Assembly (NCBI GenBank): GCA_963798485.1
Contig: CAWCTR010000014.1
Span: 443,722-507,721, forward strand
DNA length: 64,000 nt
DNA from: an uncultured delta proteobacterium
GTDB taxonomy: Bacteria; Desulfobacterota; Desulfomonilia; UBA1062
Reading direction: 5' to 3'
Part shown: in pieces, positions 1 through 12,700 of the stretch
How the letters are laid out: each line of letters starts with the position of its first letter
Numbering within the stretch: position 1 is the first letter of the stretch
Notes under the pieces: generated by a model
What the model was told of the DNA's origin: nothing
The model's database searches: none
What the model saw: only the letters and a program-made list of their open reading frames with translations
Program-made: the position numbers and the translations under genes

Positions 1-597
1 AAGCCAGTTCCCGAGACGGGCCTCTTTGAGGATATCCGCCTTGAGTTCATCCTTGACGGCCGATTGCACACTCCCCTTGATCTGTCCCGCTACCTGCCTG
101 GATATTTCATCGATGTACTTATCACGATCCGATGCAGGGAGCTGTGCGGCAGGGTTCCGCTTTGATGCCTCAAGGTATCGCTCCGCCTCCTCATCGCTGA
201 TGAGCCCGCGGTCTTTGAGGCCTTTGATCATGGTCTCGAAATCCAGTTGTGTGTCCTGCTGGGGCAAATCCGGGGTTACCGCGGTCTGCTGTAAGGTGGC
301 AGCCTGCTCTGCCGGGCCGGCCTGAGGCGCGGCCTCTGGGGTAATATTTTCAGCCGGGGCTGGCTCTGCGGCCTGTGGCGGGATTGAAGACGCTTCAGAC
401 TTCTCCGCCGGGGTCTGTTCAGTTGCATTATCCAGGACTGCCTGCTTATCCTCCGCAGTGGTCCCCTGCATCACAGGGGCTGCGGGGGCAGGCTCGTCTG
501 CATGAGCCTGCCCCACAACACAGACAAACGGGATAGAGATGAGAAGGGCGATTACATACGGATAAACTCTCTTCCTGTGAATCAGTAGGTGTATCAT
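1..597 (-). CDS. Exported protein, probable putative outer-membrane porin of the TPS/TonB cluster (runs off window)
   Basis: Not in the ORF track because it is open at the edge. Manual translation from ATG 597 (AAAGGA RBS): MIHLLIHRKRVYPYVIALLISIPFVCVVGQAHA-DEPA..., a signal peptide, a Pro/Ala/Glu-rich linker, then MIKGLKDRGLISDEEAERYL. Porin call rests on this helix and its position after TonB; the barrel is outside the window. Confidence 0.6.
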   Translation of the reverse strand, partial: MIHLLIHRKRVYPYVIALLISIPFVCVVGQAHADEPAPAAPVMQGTTAEDKQAVLDNATEQTPAEKSEASSIPPQAAEPAPAENITPEAAPQAGPAEQAATLQQTAVTPDLPQQDTQLDFETMIKGLKDRGLISDEEAERYLEASKRNPAAQLPASDRDKYIDEISRQVAGQIKGSVQSAVKDELKADILKEARLGNWL

Positions 598-716
598 CTA
601 ATGTCCTTTCATTTTTTTGTTAACATTCTCTGTGGAGCAAATTGTATGAACCCGCGATCGTCATTACTAAACAAGCAGCGGTCTCTGATCTCAATGGTCA
701 TAGCCTACTCAATATC

Positions 717-757
717 ACCCCTCTACCCTGACCCTCTCCCGCAAGGGGAGAGGGGAC
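717..757. repeat. REP-like palindromic element
   Basis: CCCTCTCCC-GCAAG-GGGAGAGGG perfect hairpin with a preceding CCCCTCTACCCTGA tail, between tonB and the porin gene. Confidence 0.6.
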
Positions 758-789
758 TTATTATGAAACGGCTTTCCCTTGAACCATCC

Positions 790-1476
790 TTACGCCCTTG
801 AGGAGATCTCTACCCTCAGGACCTTTGGCATGCCTTCAGGAGGCGGCTCGTTGAACCTCTTGATGAGACTCAGGGCGCGGGAAACGGCACTGTCCATCTG
901 CTCCGATCCGGAAGATTTGTAGATCCGGTACTTCACGAGGTTTCCGTTGTCATCGAGCTGAAGCACCACAATGGTTTCGAGGTTGCCCGAGGGTATGTTA
1001 CCCCTGGCGAAGACCTTGTGGATCTCATCCTGGATGCCCCTGTTGTACCAGGCATACTTCTGCATGAGGCTCTGGGGTCCTCCTCCATTTGGGTCGCTCC
1101 CCACCAGGGCCCTTCCACCTTTCCTGCCCACAAGCCCGAATGCGTCGCCCCCAGCGCCTCCCTCGGCATCGAGGCCCAGCTGATCGCCCGGCGGCGGCTC
1201 GTTCTTATCGGATTTGCTGTTCGGGACATCCTGCTGCTGGACCATCTGGTTCTCATGGGGCTTCTCCTGTTTGACCTCCTGCTCGGGCGGCTTCTCCAGC
1301 TTGGTCGGCGGGGGCGGTTTCAAAAGGGTGACCATGTGAATCGCCTTATGCCTCACCTTGTCCTCGGTCAGAACCATCTTCACCATGGTCGCGCCAAGCC
1401 CCACCAGTACGAGGATCACGATACCCGAGATCACCTTGACCCCGGTGGACAGCTTGTCTTCAGCATGCCTTACCAT
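790..1476 (-). CDS. tonB: TonB-family energy transducer
   Basis: N-terminal TM helix, KPPPPTKLEKPP proline segment, TonB/TolA C-terminal domain (KSSGSEQMDSAV...EPPP); follows exbD. Confidence 0.85.
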   Translation of the reverse strand: MVRHAEDKLSTGVKVISGIVILVLVGLGATMVKMVLTEDKVRHKAIHMVTLLKPPPPTKLEKPPEQEVKQEKPHENQMVQQQDVPNSKSDKNEPPPGDQLGLDAEGGAGGDAFGLVGRKGGRALVGSDPNGGGPQSLMQKYAWYNRGIQDEIHKVFARGNIPSGNLETIVVLQLDDNGNLVKYRIYKSSGSEQMDSAVSRALSLIKRFNEPPPEGMPKVLRVEISSRA

Positions 1477-1510
1477 GCACCCCTCCCCTACCCGTCGTCA
1501 GGCAGCAAGG

Positions 1511-1918
1511 TCATTTCACCACCTTCTGCGTTACAAGCCCCAGCTGCGTGATATCCAGCCGTTGTAAGAGATCGAGCACGTCGATGACCTGCTGGTAGGC
1601 GACCTGTGAATCGCCCTTGACGATGACCGGCAGATCCGGGTTGGTGGCCTTGTACTGGACGAGCGTGTTCTCGAGGTCCTTCAGGGTTACCGGGTAGGCA
1701 TCGAGGTAGATGGTCCCGTCAGCGGCAATAGTGATGGCCCTGGTGCTCGGCTTGTTCAGCGTCGGGGCCGTGCTCGCCTTGGGCAGGTTCACCTGGATGC
1801 CCTGTACCGCCGCTGTGATGCATACGATGAAAACGACCAGGAGGTTCCACGCCAGATCAAGCATGGGCGTAATGTTGATTTCATCGTACGCCTTCTGATC
1901 GAACATGCCCCGTTTCAT
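1511..1918 (-). CDS. exbD: ExbD/TolR biopolymer transport protein
   Basis: EINITPMLD motif, single TM, VIVKGDSQVAYQQVIDVLD. Confidence 0.93.
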   Translation of the reverse strand: MKRGMFDQKAYDEINITPMLDLAWNLLVVFIVCITAAVQGIQVNLPKASTAPTLNKPSTRAITIAADGTIYLDAYPVTLKDLENTLVQYKATNPDLPVIVKGDSQVAYQQVIDVLDLLQRLDITQLGLVTQKVVK

Positions 1919-3744
1919 CAGGCAATCCTCCTCTCTTCGAGAGTGTCATACCGTTGGGCATCCTCGGTGTAGTTGGCTTCCACATTGATGGTGAACTCAT
2001 CCACAAAGAGGTAGACATCCGCCATGATATCCTTGATCTTGGTGGTCAGGTAGTTGTATGCGAACAGCGCCGGTATGGCCAGGATCAGGCCCGTCAGGGT
2101 GCAAGCGAGCGCCGACGCGATGCCCGGCGCAATGGCCATAATGTTGGCTTCTCCCACCTGGGCCATGGCCGCAAAGGTGTTCATGACGCCCCAGACCGTA
2201 CCCAGCAGCCCCAGGAACGGCCCGCCGGTAATCCCGATGGTCAGGAGAATAAGACCGCTGTTCAGCTTCTGGCCCTCCCGCAGCGCACCTTTTTCCAGCT
2301 CGTTCCTGAAGATGCTTGTTACCTTCGGCGTTATAATATGTTTTCCGTTGATGCTCCTCATGCGGTTGTTAAGGACGTGACAGCCCTGCTTGAAGATGCG
2401 GTAAACGGGCGAACGCGGATATTCGCCGCAGGTTTTCTCGAAGCCGTAGTAATCGTCCCGCTCCTCGATCAGAGGCATGAATTCATCGTTCGCCTTGGTG
2501 ATGTTCCGGATGGTGTTCAACTTGTCGATAAAGAGCACGATGCAGAAGCCCAGGATAATGAGGGTGATGGCAATGATTGACCACCCGGAGATTGTGGTGT
2601 TTTTGAACACGATCACCAGATAGCCGAACACTTCGAGCATGCCGCCGCCTTTTGGGGCCTCGGCGGCCCCGTAGGAGAGCAGGGTCGGCTTGGGAGACTG
2701 GCTCGAATACTGTGCCTGGACCCAGGGCTTGGAACGTGCGGTATTGGAGATGGTGAGCTCGTCCAGGTCGCCTGCAAAGCCGTGACCGCCTTTGCCATCG
2801 TTGCCGATGACGATCTCGCCTGCGAGATTGGGCAGTGTGGGAGACAGGTCTATACCGTATATGTCCTTGCCGTCGATGTAGAGCGTAAGCTTGCCCTGGT
2901 GCTGGGCGCTCATCACCACATGGTGCCACTGGCCGAGCGTGATCTCGCTGTTGGCCACCGGGGTCATGAGGGTGTCTTCCCTGCCCGACTTGAGACGGCA
3001 GTAGAGCCTGGTCTTGTCTATGCCGATGGTGATCGCCTTGTCCCCTTCTTCCCGGTAGAGGAGATATGCGTCAGCCTGCGCCGTGTTGGCCCTGATCCAG
3101 GAGGAATAGGTAAACCCGCCGGAGATGTCCAGCGACGGGTTCGACTGGATGACGAGCTTGTCCGCTCCGCCTCCAAGCGTGACCCCTTTGCCCACTATGG
3201 CAGGCAGCCCCAATGACCCTGAAAACGCGGAGGCATTGTTGCCGTAGCCCGTGGAGTCCTTGGGCATGCCTTCGGTTTCGGCAAAGTGGAACACCGCCAC
3301 ATAGTTCTTGTCATAGGTGCCCTTCGTGTCATCGGCCCTGGGCGCCTTCTTGTTGTCGTAATACATCCAGATGAAGTCGGCCTTGGATGCGGCTGCAACC
3401 TTTGGGACGCGCACCCAGATAAGCGCCATCTCGTCGGTGATGTCCAAGAGCTCGATGTGGTGCTTGAGCATTGCCTTGTCATCCGATGATACGAACCGTA
3501 TGTCCGAGCCGTCTTCCTTGATGCGCGTGAAGTCGATATTCCCCGTATGGAGCCTGACCAGGACCGGTATTTCGTCCGCCCCTGCATGGATGTCCGCCCC
3601 GGAAGTTGTGGTGTCGATGGTGATCTTCTCCCTGCCCGACCACTCTTCATTCCACCATGCGCGCGCCTCGCCGGACCATAGGCAGATCAGCGAGCATGCC
3701 AGGAGAACCCCCAGCAACCGATTTCTTATCACATGTGAGTCCAT
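1918..3744 (-). CDS. exbB: ExbB/TolQ proton channel with N-terminal DUF2341 and LamG-like domains
   Basis: Start moved to ATG 3744 (GGAGGG RBS). Signal peptide, WWNEEWSGR..DGSDIRF (DUF2341), GQWHHVV..LYIDG (LamG), GPFLGLLGTVWGVM..IAPGIASAL (MotA/ExbB). Confidence 0.92.
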   Translation of the reverse strand: MDSHVIRNRLLGVLLACSLICLWSGEARAWWNEEWSGREKITIDTTTSGADIHAGADEIPVLVRLHTGNIDFTRIKEDGSDIRFVSSDDKAMLKHHIELLDITDEMALIWVRVPKVAAASKADFIWMYYDNKKAPRADDTKGTYDKNYVAVFHFAETEGMPKDSTGYGNNASAFSGSLGLPAIVGKGVTLGGGADKLVIQSNPSLDISGGFTYSSWIRANTAQADAYLLYREEGDKAITIGIDKTRLYCRLKSGREDTLMTPVANSEITLGQWHHVVMSAQHQGKLTLYIDGKDIYGIDLSPTLPNLAGEIVIGNDGKGGHGFAGDLDELTISNTARSKPWVQAQYSSQSPKPTLLSYGAAEAPKGGGMLEVFGYLVIVFKNTTISGWSIIAITLIILGFCIVLFIDKLNTIRNITKANDEFMPLIEERDDYYGFEKTCGEYPRSPVYRIFKQGCHVLNNRMRSINGKHIITPKVTSIFRNELEKGALREGQKLNSGLILLTIGITGGPFLGLLGTVWGVMNTFAAMAQVGEANIMAIAPGIASALACTLTGLILAIPALFAYNYLTTKIKDIMADVYLFVDEFTINVEANYTEDAQRYDTLEERRIA

Positions 3745-3760
3745 TAACCCTCCGCCTTTC

Positions 3761-6700
3761 TTACTTGTCCTTATCCTGATTCTTGGCCTTTTTCTTCGCC
3801 TGGTCATCATTACCCTGTCCGCTGTTATCCTGCCCTTGTTCATCATCGCCGAACCCGATAACCATGACCTTCACCCACTTAGGCACATAGCTTTCTTCTG
3901 CAGCAGCGCTGCTCTTGGCTGCTGACGAAGATATGCCCGACATCTCTTCAGAGAGCTGCGATGACTCGTTCAGGCTGCTTGTCCCTGACAGTGCGGTGAG
4001 GGACCCGGCGTTCGTGTTCGTCAGAGGCACCCCTACGGAGACGCCCGACACCTGGATGTTCTGGGTGTTGCGGACTTGCTGTGCGCCGATGTACAGGTTC
4101 TCTGCCGCAATGCCCGCTTCACCCGCGTCAATGATGCCCGCAGGTGCGAAAATATAGGCGTCGCCGGGCTCCGGGGACGGAGTCTGATCGTTGATCGAGT
4201 AGGTGACCGTGCGGATCCCGCTTCCGGTTGCAGCCGGCAGGTACTCTTGAGTCAGCTGTCCTGAATCTTCATCCCACGTCCAATCAGAGCCACCCCTTCC
4301 GACCGCGGTCTTGGAGCCCCTGCCGGCATTGATGTCACCCTTGTCGCTCCATATCAGGATGTCACCTCCGTAGAGAGTCATGACCCTTGACTGCAGGACA
4401 TCCACGTCCTTGCTCGAAAAGATATCGATATTGCCTCCCTTCCAGGTTTTTATGCCGGTACTTTCGTCAGAGGTCAGGTCGCTGCGGCCCACGTCCATGG
4501 TGCCTGTCGAGAGGATACTGATGTTCGAGTTGGTGCCCTTCGCCGTGATCTGCGAGCTGATCATCCGGATATCACCCTTAGCCAGGGTGGTATCAGTCCC
4601 CTGGGTAGCCGTAGATCCGGTGTCCACCGTGCCGATAAAGGGCTCTATGATGTTCTTATCCGTTTCGGCGACGATATCGAGCGCTCCTTTGGGATCGTCC
4701 TTGAGCTTGGTGCTGTAATCAATGCCTGCCTGCTTGATCTGGCTGAAGAACTGGTCGACGCCTGCCGGGTCCAGTGGGTGCGTCGCCGGATCGAGACCAG
4801 AGGCCACGATGAGATTGCACCCCTGGTTTCCGAGTTGAGAGGAATAGAGTTCAAAATAGTTTCCCTCTGATACAATGCCTTGCGTGGCCCCAAGGTCAAT
4901 GGAGTTTCCGGCCTGGACGATTAACGTGCCCGGCCCGCCGTACAAGAACCCGGTCCCATAACCGCTCGCGTCCACCGTGCTCATGACGATATCGTGTCCT
5001 GCGCTTATGACGGAGACATCGTTCTTATGGAGGTTCTGGCCCTGTATGTAGGTGTCGCGGATATCATTGCCCGCCTCTATCTGAGCCATCTTGGGCAGGT
5101 AGAGCCTCAGGTCGTGGATATCATTGCCTGCATCGATGGTGATCGAGGTATGATCGGCCTCGTGGATCAGGTCTCTGCTTGCGGATCTGGAGATGTCTCC
5201 TGCGATGACCTGGGCTTTTGTATTCTCGGTACTGATTGTTGTATATCTGGGCTTTCCCGTTCCTTCATCAATACTTGTCTCTATGGATAAACTGATAGGC
5301 ATTGCAGTGCCGTATACCTGCTGGGGGTCGAAGTCTGACATCTCTATCTTAGCCTCGCAATACGTCAAACCTGTACCTGATCCTACAGTGTACGCGCCGC
5401 TGATGTCACGGCCTGCAGCCATACTGAGGTTCCCTGTCAGGGAGGGCGCCAGATATAAATCCTGCAGGATATCGATATCCCGCCCGGCCTCGACCTCCAG
5501 GGTCGGCGGAAGCATTTCCTGGGCATTGGTCGTTGACGTCGAATCGCCATTGTAATAGGGCCCTGCTTTCCCGGTTATTGTGACATCACCCTGAATGGAT
5601 GTGATGCGCACCTTGGCGTCTTCGGTGTAACTGAATACATCATTGAGGCCTCCGGAAGTCGGCAGCCTGGGGTCGGCAAGGTTCGGGTTCACGATAGACC
5701 CCAGCATGATGTCGCCCTGGGCGGTAAGACGCACGTCCGTATCGAAGGCCTCCACGGCCATGTTCTGATTGTTCGTGCTTGCCATTTTCTGCTGGTCCGT
5801 GCCGATGTTGCCCATGGCGTTCAGCTCGCATACCCCGTCCTTGACCAGAAAACGGCCGTTGATGTCATTGTCTGATACGATCTTCAGATCGCTCTCGCCG
5901 TTCAGGCCGAAGGTCCCTGCCTGGGCAAAGAAGTCACCACCGGTTCGGATAGAAAGGTCCCCTCCTCCCATGGTGGCAATACCCCTAGTACTTTGAAGCA
6001 AGCCGTTCGTGTCTGCATAACTTGCCACCCAGGTGGGAGTGGTCATATTGCCGTCCGCATCAACAATAATATTTCCCTGGTCATCAACCTCGTAGGCTGA
6101 AAGACCCGTGTCCCATGCATTCGGGTTGATGCCGCCCTTTACATCACCTCCGACCTTCAGGTTGATGCCGCCGCCGTTGCCGAACCTCCAGTAAGATGAA
6201 TACGCATAATGCGGGGATGGCTCCATATATCCTGTCGTACGTATTGCCCCGTCCGTTCCCATGACCACATCCCCATTCACCGTAAGATCGATTGCCCCGG
6301 CTGCGCTCTGGATGGCCCCGCCCTTCTGAATCTGGGTGCTTCCCGTCAGTAACAGGTCCCTTCCCACCTCGCCTTTGATATCGCCGTCAAAGGTTGCGAG
6401 GTTGTACTTCATCGAGCCATTGATCATATATGAAGCAGTAGTTCCTGCGTAAGCCTGCATGATCGTGTCGCGGCCCGATGCGAAACGAAGCGGTGCGTTC
6501 TCGGTATAGACAAGCTTTGAGCCGATGTTGAGGTCGCCTGTATCGGGCGCGGATATGACGGCCATGGTATCGGCGCTGGCAAGGTCGGCACCGGCCGCCA
6601 GGGTAATACCCCACGAATCCATTTTAGTGTCTGCGGTAAGAGAGGTGAACACCGTGGGGTGGTCTGTAATATTCTGGTTGATATTCAGGTTTCCCCCTGC

Positions 6701-9700
6701 CCTCAGGGTCAGCATGCCGGGCTCGCCCCCAAAACGCCAATTCCATGTTACGGTTTTATTGCCGATCTTGGTCTTATTGCTTTGGCTGAGATCCCAGGTG
6801 CTGCTCAGGGTTATGTCACCCTGGCTCTGGATTTCGATACCGGGCACGAGATGGAACGAATCCGGATCTGATCCGCTCAGATCCAGAGAGGAAACGAGCC
6901 GTTCCTTGACGCCGGAAGCGGCGGCACTGTTCATGAACTTATTGGTATCCTGGTAGTACTTGCCGGAGTAGCCGATGTCATTTGCATTGATCACGACATT
7001 GACAGCGCCGGTATCAGGGTCAGTGACATAGTCATTGTCCGTGTCCTTATAGACCTTGACGGCCTCTGCAACCACACGCGAGGCGCCTTTAACCGTGCCT
7101 GCGAGGTCCATGCTGACATCTGTGCCGCCGGGGTTGGATGTATCGATACCGGTGCGGTCCGCCCTGAGGTATACCTGGCCGCCGGTACCTGCAGCTGTTG
7201 TTACGTTGCCGTTATTGTCCGTCAGCTGCGGGGACCCGCTCACATCGATGAGGGAGCCTTTCTCCATGGTCAGATCATTTTGAAGATCCTGGTTCGAGGA
7301 GTTGCCTGTCGTTGCGAGCCTTACTTCACCGCCCGCCCTGCCGGTACCTGTACCCTGGGCATTGGCATAGATCGCTCCCGTCGGTGCAAGGTCGATCTTG
7401 CCCGCATTGATCTCCACGCTGCCGCCCTGGGCACCCGCGGCGTCGATGTTCCCGGCTATGGTCAGAATACCCGTATCCGCGGTCAACTCCACGGACTTGG
7501 CGCTCAGCGTATCGCCCGCATTGACCTTCAAGTTCTCTGTGCGATCTCTGATGGAAATCGACTCGGTGAAACCCTTGAGGCCTTTGGACAGGGCACCGAG
7601 ATCCACATCACCGCCTCCTCCGTTGATGCTGTTTGCATCAAGCCCAAACGTGCCTGCCAGCCCGGCGTCTCCGGCTATTCCATTGAGCGTTGTTGCCAAA
7701 GCCGCATTACCGTTCGGCGTACTAATCACAACACTGCCTGCATCCCCATGGTAAACGCCCTGGCCATCCTTATATGCCGAGACATCAATCAGGGAGCCGG
7801 CCTGGCCTGTAAATCCTCCTCCACCTGAGGCCAGCGCCACCGCGCCTCCAGGGGTATAGACCTGCGTGCCGTTCACCGCGGCCTGCACTGTGCCCTGGGC
7901 CAGGATCTGCGAACCGTTCTCTAGTGTAATGCCGTCAGCGGCGTCTGAACCCGTCGCCGTGAGCTTGACCGTGGCTGACGGTGCCTCGATGATGCCTGCA
8001 TCGTCTATCGACCTGGCCGTGATCTCCAGCGTGCCTCCCGGGGTCAGGGCCCTGTTGGCCGCAAGCGTGTAATCCTTCTGGCCGTTGATGGCAAGCGGCC
8101 TGGCGCCGGCATCGATGCTGAACTGAGGGGCTTCATACGGCCCCTGGTCGGTCGTATCCGTGGGCGGGTCTCTGTAGAATGAGGTCGTGATGCGTCCTGC
8201 AGTGATATTCATAACTGCGTCCGGCGCCTGGTTGTTCAAGCTGTCCACACTCAGTGATCCTTTGCCCATGGTTGTAAGGTCATTGGCGCACTGGATGCCG
8301 ACAGAGCCGAAGCCGTTCATGATCATATCACCGTGGCCTATGCTCATCTGGTCCGCAGAGACGGTCAGAAGGGCGGTATCCGTATTGCCTGCGTCGCTGT
8401 TGGGATCTGGATTGTCGGGGTCCGCGATGCTGGTATTCTTCAGGGTGATCGTCTTTGAACCCATCTTCACCAAGCTGGAATCGCCAGCCGCATGATCGTG
8501 CACGATCCTCGGCGCATCGATATCAAGTTCCGTGCCAGTTTCAAGGTCTACAGCCCCCTCGAAGACCACGTCTTGCGTGCCCTTGAGGCTGAGGCTTGAG
8601 ACACCCTGGAAGCCGGTCAGCTTGTCGCTCAGGTAAAGCCCGCCTGTCTGTGCCGACTGGAAGCCGTCAGGGGTGACGAATATCCTTTGGGATGTGAGGT
8701 TGAGCGCACCGTTATCCACCTTACAGGTGCCTTGGAGGTCAAGGCTGCCGGCCTGGATGTTTATGGTATCTGTGGCATGGACGGAAGCCCCTTGGCTGAT
8801 GGTGATATTTCCATTGTAGGTGTTGAGGCTTGCCGCGCCTCCCGTGCCAGTCGCCTCGATGCCGGAGCCCGACGCGAGGGTGATGGAATCGGCTGCATTC
8901 AGGCTCACCTTGTTGGCGGTGAGTACCGCACCGTTCTGCAGGTCTACCGTCTTGGTCTTCGTTATGTCGCCAACGGTGATCTCCCCGATCCCCGAGGAGT
9001 TGAGTCCTTCCGCAGAGACAGTGCATTTTCCGTCATAATCGGGTGCTGCCGAAGATACCGTTGAGTCATAGGTGAAATCCTCAGGGAGGAGTACCGGTGA
9101 TTTCACCACTTCGTTATCCTCGGAAGCTAGGGTCAGAGAGCCGCTCTTGTAGCCGGTTCCCGCCAACGCCTGTGACGCTATGGAACCGCTGATGACGGTG
9201 GTGGGCCCGCTTATAGAGATGCTGCCTGCATCGCCTCCGACAAGCTCCATTGCCTGGTATCCGCCCTGGTTGACGGTGCCGTAGCCGCCCTGTTTGAGCA
9301 CATCGGATGCGGGCCTGATGCTGTATGTATGTGCCAGAGGCGACAAGACGGATGTCCCCTGAATCGTCTGATATCCTTGCGTGAGTGGATAGCCTTCCGT
9401 GGATGAGGTGAAGGAACCCGGCGTTGTAATGACACCGAGGTCGGATATGACGTAAGCTCCCGGCAGGAAGGCGTATTCTTCATGGTCTTTCGAAGATACC
9501 AGGGTGTATGTGCCGGATGGAAGCCCGGCTGCGCCGTTCAGCTTGACCGCATTTCCGGGCAAGGTCAACCCGGGTACGATAATATACTGGGCGCTCTGCT
9601 GGAGTGGGTCGGTGGAGCCCATGATGCCCGGCTGAAATACATAGGAGAATATCGAGCCCCCTCCCGACGTATCGATAGTAGCCCCCTGCTTGACAATGAC

Positions 9701-12700
9701 CTCATCGGCTGCCGAAATACTTATGGCCTTGTCCGGGACCGTGGCTGTCTGTGCGAGCTGGGTATTGGAAGGATCGATCTTGTCCGGCACGGTCCAGGAG
9801 GTGGCGTTCGCATCGAGCGTTCCGTAGAGGACCAGGCCCTGGCCCTTGGTGGAAAGAGTACTCCCGGTGTCCAGGTATATCTTGTCAGTGTTATTGGTAT
9901 CAGGATTACCGAGGGTGATGGCGCCCATGGGGGCGTAGATCGCACCGCCATGGTCGATGTTCCGCGCGTCTATGGTCAGACTTCCGCCTGCCGATAAAAT
10001 GGGGCCTTCCGTGATTCCCTGGCCCGGCTTGGTGGTGACGGTGCCGTATAGGATGTCGCCTTTGTCGTCTGTATACCCCAAGGCATCGATGGAGAAAGCA
10101 CTCCGGGTGGTTGGATATATGCGATCGGCAGTAAGGGTCAGGTCCCCGGGAATCTGGAGGGAACCATCGATCACTGTGGGTTGTTGAGTGCTGTCATGAT
10201 TTAGTGGTGTACTATATCTCGTATCCGAAAGTCTGATATCGTGCGTTGCCGTGAGGCCCACATCCTTGAACCCTTCCAGTTTGACGCTGCCGGTCACGTC
10301 GATAAAGTCACCCGAGAGGGCAAGCGACCCGGCCGGTGCCGCCGGTGCAGTTTCCTGGCCGGTGCTGGTGTTTTCAGAAGGCTGATAAGGATAATAGGAG
10401 TTGGTGAGCGTGATCATGGGCGCCTTGAGACTTATATCCTGCGTTCCGCTGATGACCGGGGCATCCAGGGTGAGGGCCCTTGCTATCGCCGTGTCCGTGA
10501 TGTCATCAGCCTGGGTGCGGGAGATGTCCAGGGAAAACCTGCTCGCCAGGGTGATGTCATCGAACCCGCTGCTCACATACCCATTGATATCATCCGTGGT
10601 TACGTTCAGATTCCCTGTGACAGGGTCCACATCGTTGGTCTTGCTTATGATGAGGGTGCCGCCCTTCAAGCCATCCAGGCGGGCGCCCGCCATGAGTGTT
10701 CCCTTGTTATCGAGTTCACCGTAAGATGACAGCTTCACCGTCCCGGGATCGGATGCGATATTGATAGATGAGATGGTGCCGTCATTCTTGGTGATCGTGT
10801 AGGGAGTCGGCTGCGAACCCGACACATCGATTGTTGCGCCTTTATCGATGGTTAGGTCACCGTAGTGATCTGTATTGCTGTTTTTTGCTTCAAGGTCCAC
10901 AACCCCTGCATTAACCGGGGTCATGGTTGTTTCGAGTCCTTTTGCAGGCGCCTTCAGATTCTGCATGTTGTAACCTGCGGCACTGATCACGGCTGTGGAC
11001 GCGATATGTAATCCCTGGACCTCGCTGTCAGGATCACCGAGAAATGTCCCGCTGCTCTCATTCGAGACAGCCGTTATCGTGCCAGCAGGCGAACTCAGGC
11101 TGCCTGCGATCTCGATGCGGGGTGCATTGAGGGTAATAGCGCCTCCGGGGGCCGACTGGATCGAAGACTTTTCCGGAATATCGATTGTCGCTGACAGGTC
11201 GATTATATTCGATGAGCTGCTGGTGGGTTTCTGTAAAGGGATATCCAGCGGTTGCCCGGCATTCAAAGAGATCGATGATGACCCGAGATACATAGGGTCA
11301 ATGGTAAAGAGTCCTTTCTGCTTGAGTTCCCCGCTTGATGCCTCCTCCATGGCATTGTAGTTATCGACGCCGCCATTTCCTCCTGCCGGTGTCGGGGTGA
11401 TCATCTTCACCAGGGACGGCTTGAGTATAACCGGGTCGTCATCCGAGCCGAACTTAAGGTCGTGAAGGCTGTAGAGCGCCACCTGGGTGAATCCCGTATC
11501 GTCAAGGCGGTGCTCCCACAGGTTGACCGTGCCGGGCTTGTATTTGTCTTTATCGAGTGTATCGAGCGGGCTGTCCGTCACGGCTATGTCGGGGGCATGC
11601 AGCTCAATGGTGCCGCCGTTGCTGCCTGCCAGGGAGTAACCCCTGATATCACCGTCCAGGACAAGAGCAGAACCCTGGATGGAAAGCTTCCCGGCATTTC
11701 CTCCTGTTATCGTGCCATTTTGCGCAATGGCATACCCTCCGCTTACATCCACGCGTGCATCTTTTGTTATCAGGACACCCTTGCCTTCTTCAGTCTTGTC
11801 CTGAAGCGAGATGGTACCTCCCGTAGTATTTCCGGTCGGTCTCAGGCCGGTGTCCATACTTCCGGTCTGGGAATTGTCTATGCTGAGCCCACTCACATCG
11901 AGCGTGCCGCCTATATAGATCTGCTGTCTGATATCCCGGTAATCCGGGTTATCATTTACCTCTTCCGTATCAAAGTTGGTAAGGCCCTTAAGGTATGTCT
12001 GGTTCTCTTCCAGGGTAAATTTTATCGATCCCGAGGGAGCCCTGATGCCGGCAAAATCCTCTATGCTCCGGGCCTTGATATCAATCTCCCCTCCGGGACA
12101 TAACGTGAGGTCCGCACCCCTTTCAAGGGTGACGACCGTATTCGAGTTGATCTGAATGGTTTTCAGTAAGGCATTGTTCAGGGTATCAGGAGACAGGTAC
12201 GAGACACCTTGCCTTTCAACGGGATAGGGATTACTTTTGGAATCTACCCCGAAGTCATCCGGAAGTCGGGTGAAGTCCTGGCTGATGACGACATCGCCGA
12301 GTTTATGGTCTGCTGCTTGGATATCGCTTATTGCACCATCTCTTAAGGTATAATCGCTTCCCATGATAAGGGTGCCGCCACTTGGCTCCATATTGGATCC
12401 TGCCAGCACCTTGCTGTTTCCGCTCGTGTTCAGCGGGTCCGATGCCTGGGTCTGGAAGATGCCCGGCACTGCAGATCCTTTCATGGTACCCTCAAATGCG
12501 ATATGGGGTGCTATGAGGGTGAGGGTCCCGGCATCGTCCCCCTGGCTGAATCCGGTGGCATAGTCCTTGATTGAGCTGCCGCCGCCGAAGTAGATGCCGC
12601 TGTATGTCTCGGTAATGCCGAAGCGGTTATACACCTGTTGGTAGTTCCCAAGCACCTTGTCATACGTTATCGATTCGGGGGCCGAGCCGATGTCATACAC

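Noticed and set aside
615-651. Pho-box-like site before the porin gene (TTCATA and TTAACA)
   Set aside because: The hexamers are 27 bp apart, out of phase with the 11-bp period.
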